Shown one piece after another: positions 38,304 to 48,233 of a DNA stretch of 64,000 nt. Under the pieces are notes generated by a model. That model made no database searches. It was not told the origin of the DNA and saw nothing but the letters and a program-made list of their open reading frames with translations. The position numbers were made by a program, and so were the translations under genes. The stretch spans positions 14,239 through 78,238 of the forward strand of contig CAVRIQ010000028.1 of NCBI GenBank assembly GCA_963721275.1, given 5' to 3'. Each line of letters begins with the position of its first letter. The stretch's first letter is position 1. The DNA is from an uncultured Alphaproteobacteria bacterium. Lineage in GTDB: Bacteria; Pseudomonadota; Alphaproteobacteria; Rhizobiales; Xanthobacteraceae.

Positions 38304-38915
38304 CTACGCCTTCGCCGACGGCCGTTGCCCGACGCGGGCGAACCACGCCACGATGTTGGCGTTCGCCGGATCGAGCGGCTGGCCGACCTGATTGCCGAAA
38401 TCGATCCAGCCGTAGAGCAGGATATCGGCCAGCGTGAAGCGCTTGCCGCACAGAAACTCCTTGCCCTCCATCTGGCCGTCGAGCCATTGCAGCCGGTTGG
38501 CCGCGATCATCTTCAGGCCGGGAGAAGCTTCGGGCACGCAGGGAATGCGCCTTTCGAAAAATTTCAGCGCCTCGCCGAAACGATAACCGTTGGCGAGCGG
38601 CTCGCAGATGTTGAGATCGACCCGGCGGGTCCACATCCGGCATTCGGCGCGCTCTTCCGGCGTCGCGCCGATCATCGCCGGCTTCGGATTTTTTTCTTCG
38701 AGATATTCGCAGATCGCGGTGATCTCCGACAAATAGCTGCCGTCATCGAGTTCGAGCGTCGGCATCTGGCCATTCGGGTTGCGCTTGAGATGCTCGGCCT
38801 GCCGGTTCTCGCCGGCGCGCAGATCGACGGTCTGCCTGGGCATTTCGATGCCCTTTTCCGCCATGAACATGCGGACGATGCGCGGATTCGGCCCGATCGA
38901 GTCGTAGAGCTTCAT
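38304..38915 (-). CDS. Glutathione S-transferase family protein
   Basis: MKLYDSIGPNPR, NPNGQMPTL, SEITAICEYL, FTLADI. Confidence 0.94.
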   Translation of the reverse strand: MKLYDSIGPNPRIVRMFMAEKGIEMPRQTVDLRAGENRQAEHLKRNPNGQMPTLELDDGSYLSEITAICEYLEEKNPKPAMIGATPEERAECRMWTRRVDLNICEPLANGYRFGEALKFFERRIPCVPEASPGLKMIAANRLQWLDGQMEGKEFLCGKRFTLADILLYGWIDFGNQVGQPLDPANANIVAWFARVGQRPSAKA

Positions 38916-39005
38916 TGGTTCGCTTCTCCCGGTTTTTGTCGCAGCATGGTTGTTGTCCGCTTTTGAGCAGACCGTCAGGCCCCTTGTCAAACGGAGGAAG
39001 GCAAA

Positions 39006-39818
39006 TCAGGCGTCGTCGAGCTTGTTGAGGTCGCGCACCGACTGCATGATCGGCTCGAAATTCGACCGCGCATCGAGCGCGTCGAACAGTTGCGCCGTGT
39101 CCGACAACAGCCCGTGCGAACGCTGCAGCGCGATGCGGACGTCGTCCTGCGGCGTGTCGGACAGCCGGCCGTGGCCCGACAGCAGGATTTTGGAATTAAG
39201 GCCCTTCAGGCGCTCCAGCGACTGGATATAATCGGCGATGCTGCCGGATCCGAACACCCCGCCCATCACGCCGCCGGGCATCAAGGTGTCGGCGGCGAAC
39301 AACAGGCCCTTGTCCTGGTCGAACAGGCTGATGCAGGCCGAGGTGTGGCCGGGCGTGTACATGACGTCGAGGCGGAAATTGCCGAGGTCGAGCAGGTTTC
39401 CTTCTTCCAGCCACAGATCGATATTGATCGGCACTTCCGGCTCGTTGAACATCTTGCGCAGCATCGAGAAATCGTCGCGCAGCATGATCTTGTTGGCGGC
39501 GAGCCGATGCGCGGCGATGATGGTGCGGCCGTGAAAATGATAGGCCGCGCCGATGTGATCGAGATGCTCGTGGCTGAGCACCACCATGTCGATTTTTTCC
39601 GGCGGACAGTCGAGATGATGCAGGCATTCCAGCAACGCCGTATAATTCGAGGACAGCCCGACGTCGATCATGATGGTGCGGGATTTGCCGCGCACCAGAT
39701 AGGCGTTGGCGGCGCGGTTCTTGAAACGGATCTGGTAGACGTCTTCGGCCGCCTGGATCAGCGAGCAGACGTCGTTGTTCAAAAGGATCGGAAACGGGCT
39801 CGGCTTGCGGTCGCTCAT
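39006..39818 (-). CDS. MBL-fold metallo-hydrolase
   Basis: SHEHLDHIG (HxHxDH), TPGHT, AADTL, SGHG. Confidence 0.93.
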   Translation of the reverse strand: MSDRKPSPFPILLNNDVCSLIQAAEDVYQIRFKNRAANAYLVRGKSRTIMIDVGLSSNYTALLECLHHLDCPPEKIDMVVLSHEHLDHIGAAYHFHGRTIIAAHRLAANKIMLRDDFSMLRKMFNEPEVPINIDLWLEEGNLLDLGNFRLDVMYTPGHTSACISLFDQDKGLLFAADTLMPGGVMGGVFGSGSIADYIQSLERLKGLNSKILLSGHGRLSDTPQDDVRIALQRSHGLLSDTAQLFDALDARSNFEPIMQSVRDLNKLDDA

Positions 39819-40186
39819 GGGTTGGCCGCCCTGAAGGTGACGGCGTTGGAAGCGCGCAGCCGCTTGCTGAGCGCATCCATGATCATCAGCGCGAACGCGG
39901 GCTGCTGGCTGACCAGATAGACGAAGCGGGCATGATTGATCCGCATCACGCGGGTATTCGTCGCAGCCGCGATCGCGGTCGCCGAGCGCGACGAGCCGTC
40001 GATCACCGCCATCTCGCCGAAGAACTCGCCCTTGCCGAGGGTGACGATCACGGTCTTGCTGGCGCCGTCGACCTTGGCGATCTCGACCTGGCCCTCCAGC
40101 ACCACGAACAGCTCGCGCCCGGTGGAGCCTTCCTCGAAGATGACGTCGTCGACATCAAATTCGTTGATGCACTTCTCGATCGCCAT
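39815..40186 (-). CDS. Stand-alone cyclic-nucleotide-binding domain protein
   Basis: IFEEGSTG, GEFFGEMAVIDGSSRSATAIA; 123 aa with no helix-turn-helix. Confidence 0.92.
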   Translation of the reverse strand: MAIEKCINEFDVDDVIFEEGSTGRELFVVLEGQVEIAKVDGASKTVIVTLGKGEFFGEMAVIDGSSRSATAIAAATNTRVMRINHARFVYLVSQQPAFALMIMDALSKRLRASNAVTFRAANP

Positions 40187-40439
40187 GGAATCCCCCGCCT
40201 TCTGGCTGGTTCTTGATCGCGCATGTTAGTCGGGAAATCCGGCGGCGCAAACGAGCATGGGGCGCCCGGAGCGCGATACCGCAGGGCAACATGGGCCGGG
40301 GCGGAGCGGCCGCTGCCGCCCGGCCGGGCAAAAACCTGCCCCGGCGACTTCCTAAAATTTCGGTAAGCGGGGCGCCGGGTAAGGATTTGGCAAGTAATGA
40401 AAGTTACCAAATGGTCAATCCAGACTGGAGATTTTGACC

Positions 40440-41391
40440 GTGAGCGAACAAGGCGCCGAGCAGATCAGCAGCGAATCCGGTTCCCTCAACGCCGGGCCGG
40501 CCGGTCCCCATTCGTCGGAGGGCTCGATCCCGCCGGTGGTGGCAGCTCCCGATCTGGTGCCCGGGCAGGACGCCGCCAAGGCGGACGCGCCCAAATCTGA
40601 CGCACACAAGGCCGATGCGGCCGAAGCCGAGGCGACCAAGGCTGAGTGCTCCCAAGGCTGATGCTCCCAAGGCAGAGCCGACGCGCTTCCCGGCCAAGAT
40701 TCTGATCATGTCGGCCGGCGAGCGCAACTGGGATGAGGACAGCGCCGCACCCGAGATGAAATCCGAACCCAAACAGGAAATGTTCGGCAAGCGCCGGCTC
40801 GCGCTGGCAGCCATGCTGGCGCTGGCCGTCGCCGCGGGCGCGATTGGCGGCGCGCTGGCGACCGCGGGTCTGTCGCATTTCGCCGGCGGCGATGCCGCGA
40901 GCGCCGACAGCCACGCGCTCGAAGCCTCCGTCGCGCGGATCGACGCCGACATCCTGGCGCTGAAGGCCGGCGTCGAACATACCTCCCGGCTCGCGGTGAG
41001 CCAGTACAACAAGACCAGCGACCGCCTCGACAAGGTCGAGAAGGCGCAGGCGGAGCCGGCCGCCAAATTGGCAAAACTCAGCGAGGCCGTCGACAAGCTG
41101 CGCATCACGCCGCCGGCCGCTGCCGCTGCGCCGGCCGCGGCAAGGGAGGTCACCGGCTCGATTGCGCCGCCGGCGGCCGCGCCCAAGACCGAAGTCGGCA
41201 GGCTGCCGACGGTGGAAGGCTGGGTGTTGCGCGACGTCGCCAACGGCGGCGCCCTGATCGAAGGCCGGCAGGGTATGTACGAGGTCTATGCCGGCGATCC
41301 CGTGCCGGGCCTCGGCCGCATCGACGCCATCCGCCGCCAGGACGGCCGCTGGGTGGTCGTGACCAGCAAGGGGCTGGTGGTCGCGCGCTGA
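40440..41391 (+). CDS. Hypothetical membrane protein with KADAP repeats; apparent frameshift at about 40646
   Basis: GGAG plus GTG 40440; TM LAAMLALAVAAGAIGG; C-terminal WVLRDV...GLGRIDAIRRQDGRWVVVTSKG. Confidence 0.8.
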
Positions 41392-41542
41392 AGTCCATCG
41401 CTTTACCGCGAAATGACGCGATGACCGCTGTCTCCGGCTAGCCCTGAGACGGCCCGTCCGCATTTCGGCACTTTTTCCTGTAATGAAAGCACTGTCTGCC
41501 GGAGGCCCGGAATGAGGCCTCCGATGCGGTGTTTATCGGGAT

Positions 41543-43108
41543 ATGGGCCGCGTGCGATTTCTGGTCACATTTCTGGTCTTGTTCGCCGGCGTTCTGCCGG
41601 CGCGCCAGGCGCGGAGCGCGGCGCTGGAGCGCGGCACGGCGATCATCGATCCAATTGTCTTGCGCGAACTCGACCGCGGCAGGTTCGGCCTCGGCCGCGT
41701 GATGCTGCCGGCGCGGTCGGCCGACGCGCCGCTCGCCAACAGCGAGTTGTTCGCTCTGCCGTCGATGGTGCCGGTGCGCAAGGCGCTCGACGCCGAGTTC
41801 GACCGCTACATCGCAAGGCACAAAGCCGGTCTCCCCGACGAAACCATCGGGGTCGGCAATTCCTACGACTTCCAGCTGTTCGATCGCGCGCTGCTCGATT
41901 CCGCCAACACGCGCTTCGTGCTGGCGGGCATCGTCAACCGGATGGACCGCGCCTATGTGCATGCGGCCGATTGCGGTGAGATCCGGCTGATCTATCGCCT
42001 GACCCGAACCGATGTGCCGGAGACGACGGGCGAGGGCGCGGTCTCGCCGCGGCTGCCGATGACGCTGAACGTGGTGCTGAAGGCCAGGGGCGCTGCCGCG
42101 ATCGACGGCAACGGAAAAGCGCTGCCCTGCGCCGAGATCGCCCGTCGCTGGCTCGCCGCCGGCGAATTGCCGCTGACCGGAGCGGCGCTTGCGGAAAGAC
42201 TGACGGCGAAGGATGGGCCGCTGAGTCTGATCGGGCCTGAAGATGTCACGCATATCGAGACCAACCTGCAGATCGCACATGCGCCGAAATCGCCCATCCG
42301 GGATTTTCGCACCGATTATCTCCTGAAGGTGTTCGACTACGATGCGCAAGCGCAGGCGTTTGCGGAAGCGCCGCTGGAGAACCAGATCGATCGTGAGCGG
42401 ATGTCGGCCGATGCCACGTTCGGGCGCGAGTTCAAGGCGTGGCTGCTCGATCCCGCGCATCTTGCCGAACTCGATCGCGGCACGATTCTGATACCCGATA
42501 AATTCCTGGTCAAAGGCGCGGTCGCCCCGACCCCGGTCGGGTTTGCAACCTCGGACCTGCAGCCGGCCTTCGGCCTGGTGCAGGGCGACGATGCGTCAGC
42601 CAAGCCCGTATTCGGGGAACGCGACGTCGTCGCGGCCCTGAAGCAAGCGGCGGAGCGCGGCATCACGATGCAGAATATCCGCTCGGTCGCGGGCTTTGCG
42701 CGCCGGCTCAACGACATCACTTGCGCAGGCTGCCATCAGACCCGCGGCATCGGCGGCTTTCATTTCCCCGGCGTCGACTGGATGGCGGCCAGGCCCGACA
42801 ATTCGATTGTCGTGCCGGCGTCGCCGCATTTCTTCGGCGACCAGATCCGCCGCCGCGACATTCTCACGGCGTTGCGGGACGGCAAACGCGCGGACTATTC
42901 GCGCGGCTTCTCCAGCCGGCCGCAAACGCGCGGCAGCAAGGAACTCGCCGGCACCGAATACGAGGACGGCTGGGGCGCCTCGTGTTACGTCCGGCAGGCC
43001 GATGCCGCCGGCAATGACAACAGTTTCAAGTCGTGGAGCTGCGCCGAGGGGCTGGCGTGCCAACCGGTCGGCAAGGCGTCGCGGATGGGAATGTGCTTCA
43101 TCAAATAG
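41543..43108 (+). CDS. Exported hypothetical protein with one CxxCH heme-binding motif
   Basis: Signal peptide; ITCAGCHQTRG; four Cys in the C-terminal tail. Confidence 0.8.
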   Translation: MGRVRFLVTFLVLFAGVLPARQARSAALERGTAIIDPIVLRELDRGRFGLGRVMLPARSADAPLANSELFALPSMVPVRKALDAEFDRYIARHKAGLPDETIGVGNSYDFQLFDRALLDSANTRFVLAGIVNRMDRAYVHAADCGEIRLIYRLTRTDVPETTGEGAVSPRLPMTLNVVLKARGAAAIDGNGKALPCAEIARRWLAAGELPLTGAALAERLTAKDGPLSLIGPEDVTHIETNLQIAHAPKSPIRDFRTDYLLKVFDYDAQAQAFAEAPLENQIDRERMSADATFGREFKAWLLDPAHLAELDRGTILIPDKFLVKGAVAPTPVGFATSDLQPAFGLVQGDDASAKPVFGERDVVAALKQAAERGITMQNIRSVAGFARRLNDITCAGCHQTRGIGGFHFPGVDWMAARPDNSIVVPASPHFFGDQIRRRDILTALRDGKRADYSRGFSSRPQTRGSKELAGTEYEDGWGASCYVRQADAAGNDNSFKSWSCAEGLACQPVGKASRMGMCFIK

Positions 43109-43197
43109 CGCTTGCCGCGGCCGCTGGTCGGATTGACAGCGGTCTCACCGATCGTGTTTCATCGAGGCAATCGAAAAAGACAAATGCCGGGGGGAAG

Positions 43198-44436
43198 ATG
43201 GACGACGTCATCATCGTCGGCGCCGGCATTGGCGGATTGACGCTCGGGCTGGCGCTGCATCGTTGCGGGATTCCCTGCCGGATATTTGAATCGGCGGCCG
43301 AAATCAAAGCGGTCGGGGTCGGCATCAATCTGTTGCCGCACGCCACCAGGGAACTCGCCGCGCTCGGGTTGGAAGCCGATCTGGCCAAGGTCGCAATCGC
43401 GACTGGTGACGCGACCTTCTTCAATCGCTTCGGTCAGCTGATCTACCAGGAGCCGCTCGGCCGCGCGGCGGGCTACGAGCATCCGCAATTCTCGATCCAT
43501 CGTGGCGATCTGCAGATGGTGCTGCTCGATGCCTTTGTTGCGCGGGCAGGGCGCGAGCGGCTGACCACCAATTGTCATTGCACGGGCGTTGAACAGGACG
43601 GGACCGGCGTCAGCGTCACGTTCTCCGACGGTCCCGGCGGCGCAAGCCGCAGCACCGTCCGCGGTCGCGTCGCCATCGCCTGCGACGGCATCAACTCGGC
43701 GATCCGCAAGCAGTTTTTTCCGAAAGAAGGCGAGCCGCGCTATTCCGGCGTGAACATGTGGCGCGGCGTGACGCGGTGGAAGCCGATATTGTCCGGCGCC
43801 AGCATGGTGCGGGCAGGATGGCTGTCGCACGGCAAGATGGTGATCTATCCGATCCGACCCGCCGGCGCCGACGGGCTGCAGCTGATCAACTGGGTGGCGG
43901 AGATCGAGACGCCGGTCTATCGCCGGCGCGACTGGAACCGGCCCGGCGCGATCGGCGATTTCATCGGCGCGTTCGCCGACTGGCATTTCGACTGGCTCGA
44001 CGTGCCCGCGTTCATTCGCGCCGCCGATCATGTGCTGGAATTTCCGATGGTCGATCAGGATCCGCTGCCGCGCTGGAGTTTTGGCCCGGTAACGTTGCTC
44101 GGCGACGCCGCCCACCCGATGGTGCCGCGCGGCTCCAACGGCGCCGGGCAGGCGATCCTGGATGCGCGGGCGCTTGCCTCGGCGCTGCTCGAACACGACG
44201 ATCCCGTTGCGGCGCTGGCGGCCTACGAAAGCCGCCGGCTGGAAGCCACCACGCGCATCGTCCTGACCAATCGCACCAATCCGCCCGACGCGATCCTGCG
44301 CGAGGTGTTTCAACGCACCAATGACAAGCCCTTCGGCCAAATCCAGGATGTCATCAGCCGCGAGGAACTGGTCGCCTTGTCCGAGGGTTACAAGCAAATC
44401 GCCGGTTATTCGAAGGATGCGTTGCGCGCCCGGTGA
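43198..44436 (+). CDS. FAD-dependent monooxygenase (aromatic hydroxylase family)
   Basis: IVGAGIGG, ACDGINS, LLGDAAHPM...GAGQAILDA. Confidence 0.94.
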   Translation: MDDVIIVGAGIGGLTLGLALHRCGIPCRIFESAAEIKAVGVGINLLPHATRELAALGLEADLAKVAIATGDATFFNRFGQLIYQEPLGRAAGYEHPQFSIHRGDLQMVLLDAFVARAGRERLTTNCHCTGVEQDGTGVSVTFSDGPGGASRSTVRGRVAIACDGINSAIRKQFFPKEGEPRYSGVNMWRGVTRWKPILSGASMVRAGWLSHGKMVIYPIRPAGADGLQLINWVAEIETPVYRRRDWNRPGAIGDFIGAFADWHFDWLDVPAFIRAADHVLEFPMVDQDPLPRWSFGPVTLLGDAAHPMVPRGSNGAGQAILDARALASALLEHDDPVAALAAYESRRLEATTRIVLTNRTNPPDAILREVFQRTNDKPFGQIQDVISREELVALSEGYKQIAGYSKDALRAR

Positions 44437-44541
44437 AGCGGAAATGCGTGCCGCTTTGCCGGTTTCGCGTTAAGCTATCAAAGTCGGGAACAGCGGTCGG
44501 CAAGAACCGCGCCCGGAAATATCAAAGGGGGAGGGACGACG

Positions 44542-45945
44542 ATGGCGATTTCTCAAGCGGGCGGCGCGATCGACGTCGCCGACTTCATCGACCAGCAGCC
44601 GGTAGGCGGATTTCAGCTCAGGCTGCTGTTGACCTGCGCGGCGGTGCTGTTTCTCGACGGCTTCGATACCCAGGCCATCGGCTATGTCGCCCCCGCCTTG
44701 GCGAAAGAATGGGGCCTGACCAAGGCCGCGCTCGGTCCGGTGTTCAGTGCCGGCCTGTTCGGGCTGATGATCGGTGCGCTCTTGTTCGGGCCGCTGGCGG
44801 ACCGCATCGGGCGCAAGCGGATCATCATCTTCTCCACGCTGGCGTTCGGCATCGGCGCGCTCGCGACCGCTTTCGTCCACGACGTCAATACGCTGCTCGC
44901 GATCCGGTTTCTGACCGGGCTCGGCCTCGGCGGCGCGATGCCGAATGCGATCGCCATGACGTCCGAATTCAATCCGCGCCGCCGCCGTTCGACCATGGTG
45001 ATGATCATGTTCTGCGGATTTTCGGTCGGCGCGGCGCTCGGCGGGCTGCTGGCGGCGGCGCTGATTCCGCATTTCGGCTGGCGCTCGGTGTTCGTGGTCG
45101 GCGGCATCGCGCCGCTGCTGCTGGTTCCGATCCTGGCGCTGCGGCTGCCGGAATCCGTGCGCTTCCTCGCGCTCACCGGACACGCCGATGAGCGCGTCGC
45201 CGGGTTGCTCGGGCTGATCAACCCGAAGGCGGCGTTTGCGCCGGCGACGCGGTTCGTCGTGCAGGAGCCGGAACTGCCGGGCATTCCGGTGCGGCATCTG
45301 TTCCGGGATGGTCGGACCCCGGTGACGCTGTTGCTGTGGGTGGTGTTCTTCATGAGCCTGCTCGACATTTACTTCCTGGCGAACTGGCTGCCGACGGTGC
45401 TCAATGACCTCGGCGTCTCGGTGTCCTCATCGGCGGCGATCGGAGCGATGCTGCAGGTCGGCGGCGTGGTCGGCACGTTGGCGCTCGGCAGCATCATCGA
45501 CCGCTTCTCGTTCCGCGCGCTGGCGCTGGTGTATTTCATCGCCGTGTTCGCGGTCGGTGCGATCGGCCAGTTCGGTCATTCGATTGTCCTCGTCACCATG
45601 GCGATCTTCGCCGCCGGGTTCTGCATCGTCGGCGGCCAGATCGCCGCCAACGCACTGGCCGCGACGTTCTATCCGACCTCGGTGCGGGCGACCGGCGTGG
45701 GCTGGGCGCTCGGAATCGGGCGCGTGGGCTCGATCATAGGACCCCTGGTCGGCGGCGCGCTGCTGACCATGAAGTGGAGCACGGCTGCCGTGTTCCTGGC
45801 GGCAGCTGGCGCCGCCTTGTGCGCGGCGCTGGCGGCATTTGCGCTGAGCCGGCTCGCGGGCCTGGGTGGGACAAGCAAGGAGACCGCCGATGCGGCAGCT
45901 TCATATCAGGCCGAACTGCGTCCGCCGACGACGGCGGGAGCCTAG
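44542..45945 (+). CDS. MFS aromatic acid:H+ symporter (PcaK/BenK family)
   Basis: LDGFDTQAIG, GPLADRIGRK, LPES, about 12 TMs. Confidence 0.93.
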   Translation: MAISQAGGAIDVADFIDQQPVGGFQLRLLLTCAAVLFLDGFDTQAIGYVAPALAKEWGLTKAALGPVFSAGLFGLMIGALLFGPLADRIGRKRIIIFSTLAFGIGALATAFVHDVNTLLAIRFLTGLGLGGAMPNAIAMTSEFNPRRRRSTMVMIMFCGFSVGAALGGLLAAALIPHFGWRSVFVVGGIAPLLLVPILALRLPESVRFLALTGHADERVAGLLGLINPKAAFAPATRFVVQEPELPGIPVRHLFRDGRTPVTLLLWVVFFMSLLDIYFLANWLPTVLNDLGVSVSSSAAIGAMLQVGGVVGTLALGSIIDRFSFRALALVYFIAVFAVGAIGQFGHSIVLVTMAIFAAGFCIVGGQIAANALAATFYPTSVRATGVGWALGIGRVGSIIGPLVGGALLTMKWSTAAVFLAAAGAALCAALAAFALSRLAGLGGTSKETADAAASYQAELRPPTTAGA

Positions 45946-45999
45946 GAAGGGGCTGCAAGCGTGAACGGTAGTCGAACTTCGTGACAGGGAGGGCAGGCG

Positions 46000-46164
46000 G
46001 TGAACGACGCGAACAGGGAGAACAAGGCGCGCAATCGCGAGATCGCCCGCAATGAAAGCGCCCGTCAAACCATGGGCGACATCCGCGTCAGCGGATGGGC
46101 GATCGCGGTCGCCGTGATCATCGGCCTCGCCGCGGTCGGCTGGGTGCTGATTCACAACAGATAA
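46000..46164 (+). CDS. Small single-TM protein (54 aa), absent from the ORF track
   Basis: GGGAGGG RBS then GTG; MNDANRENKARN...GWAIAVAVIIGLAAVGWVLIHNR. Confidence 0.55.
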   Translation: MNDANRENKARNREIARNESARQTMGDIRVSGWAIAVAVIIGLAAVGWVLIHNR

Positions 46165-46214
46165 GCATGTGGGCGCGACGTCCGCTGCCGCCAGCCAGCT
46201 CGGAAAAAGATATC

Positions 46215-46860
46215 TTAAGCGTAGTGCGTGAGACGCTTGCCGGGCAAGAGATCATACGCCGATCTGCCAGTCAGGCAGACCGGCGACGCGGCCCAGCCAC
46301 GCGCTGACGGCCGGATGACTGGCCGCAAGATCATATCCGGTTTCGTCGCCCGGATAGGACAGATAGGCGATCATTGAAAAGTCGGCCACGGTCGGTCGGT
46401 CTCCAATCGCAAACGCATGTTGCTGCAGGTGCTGTTCGAGTATTCCGAGGAAGTCGTCGAGGCGCTTGCGCAAGAAGGCCAGCACATGCGGATCGGGGGA
46501 GGGCGTGAACGTCCGGAGATAGCGATAGGTCGCCATGAAGCCGGTCAGCTTGTGATTGTCCCAGAACAGCCAGCGCAGCACCTCGAACTTCTCCTCGGCG
46601 GTCTCGCCGCCGAACCGGCCATATTGTTCGGCGAGTTTCAGCAGAATCGGCGCCGTCTGGGTGAGGCGCACGCCGTTTTCTTCCAACACCGGGATTTCGC
46701 CCATCTCGTTGACGCTTGCCCGCCACTCCGGCGTCCGCGTGACGCCGCCGCCGAAGTCGGTCCAGATCGGCTCGAATGTCTGGCCGCACAGGGTCAGCAT
46801 CAGCGCCAGCTTGTAGCTGTTCCCGGACTCCGGGAAGTAGTGCAGCCGATAGGTCGGCAT
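46215..46860 (-). CDS. Glutathione S-transferase family protein; apparent frameshift at about 46266
   Basis: ESGNSYK, NEMGEIPVL, PTVADFS; the natural C-terminus SAYDLLPGKRLTHYA lies in the +1 frame. Confidence 0.9.
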
Positions 46861-46862
46861 GG

Positions 46863-48068
46863 TTACGCCACCGCGCCCGACGCCCGCAATTGCCGGATCG
46901 CCGCCTCGTCATAACCCGCTGCGCGCAAAATCTCGTCGCTGTGCTCGCCGATGCCGGGCGCCCGCCGCGGCTTGACCTTCTGGCTGCCGTCGACCCAGAT
47001 CGGGCTGTTGATGGTCAGCATGGTGTCGTTCTCGAACGGCACCAGCACCTCGTTGTCGATCATCTGCTGGTCGTGGGGAATATCGTCGAGGATGCCGACC
47101 ACGCCGAACACCAGACCGTTGCCGTCGAGGATCTTGCGCCATTCGGCGAGATCCCTGGTGGCAAAGATCTCGTCGAACAGCTTGATCAGTTCCAGCGAAC
47201 GCGAATGGCGGTCGGCCCGGGTGGCAAAGCGGGGATCGGTGACGAAATCCTCCCGCCCCAGGCAGCGCGCCAGCGTCGGCCATTGCCGGTCCTCGTTGAG
47301 CAGCGACAGGATCAGCCAGCGTCCGTCCCTGCACCGGTAGTGGTTGGTCACCGCGTTCAGCGCGTGCTCGCGCGTTCGCCGCTCGGAAAATTTCGCGCCG
47401 CACAGTTTGGCCTGGGCCAGCACCGAGGCGGCCCAGACGCCGTTGGCCATCAGGTTGGAGCTGACATGCGAGCCCTTGCCGCTGCGCTCGCGCTTGTAGA
47501 GCGCGGTGACGATCGCGCCGTAAAACGCCATCGCGCAGGGATGGTCACCCATGCCGGCGATCGAGCGCGCCGGCGTGGTGTTCTCGTCCGCGCGCACCAG
47601 GTCCATCAGGCCCGAGCGCGCCCAATAGGCGTTGCTGTCGAAGCCGGGCTTGTCGGCCTCCTCGCCCTTTTCGCCGTAGCCGGTGAACGAGCCGTAGACC
47701 AGCCGCTCGTTGAGCGGCTTGAGTTCCTCATAGGTGATGCCGAGCCGCTTGCGCACCCCGGGCGGAAAATTCGTGATGAAGACGTCGGCCTCGGCGACGA
47801 GGCGATACAGCACGGCCTTGCCTTCCGGCCTGGAGAGGTCGAGCGCGAGGCTCTTCTTGTTGCGGGACTCCAGCATCCACGCGAAATTGTGATGGCTGGC
47901 CGGGTATCCCGGCAGGTTCGGCAGGTTGCGATAGGGATCGCCATGGCCGGGCGGTTCGATCTTGATCACGTCGGCGCCGAAATCCGACAGCACGGTCGCG
48001 GCCGCAGGCGCTGCGATGAAACTCGCGCAGTCCAGAACCTTGAGGCCTTCGAAGATGCCCTTTTCCAT
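46863..48068 (-). CDS. CaiB/BaiF family III CoA-transferase
   Basis: DFGADVIKIEPP, RNKKSLALDL, PGFD, APGIGEHS. Confidence 0.95.
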   Translation of the reverse strand: MEKGIFEGLKVLDCASFIAAPAAATVLSDFGADVIKIEPPGHGDPYRNLPNLPGYPASHHNFAWMLESRNKKSLALDLSRPEGKAVLYRLVAEADVFITNFPPGVRKRLGITYEELKPLNERLVYGSFTGYGEKGEEADKPGFDSNAYWARSGLMDLVRADENTTPARSIAGMGDHPCAMAFYGAIVTALYKRERSGKGSHVSSNLMANGVWAASVLAQAKLCGAKFSERRTREHALNAVTNHYRCRDGRWLILSLLNEDRQWPTLARCLGREDFVTDPRFATRADRHSRSLELIKLFDEIFATRDLAEWRKILDGNGLVFGVVGILDDIPHDQQMIDNEVLVPFENDTMLTINSPIWVDGSQKVKPRRAPGIGEHSDEILRAAGYDEAAIRQLRASGAVA

Positions 48069-48233
48069 GGTGGCGTCGCTCCCGTGATTTTTGTCGGTGT
48101 TATTCCGCGTTGTGGAATCGTCTACCGGTGAGGGATGAATTCGGGGCGTATTTGACCGATGTTGGCCGGGCGATGCAACCGGCTCCTCTCGTCCCTCCCC
48201 TCGTGGGCCCGCAAGCGGGAGGAATAAAGTGAG

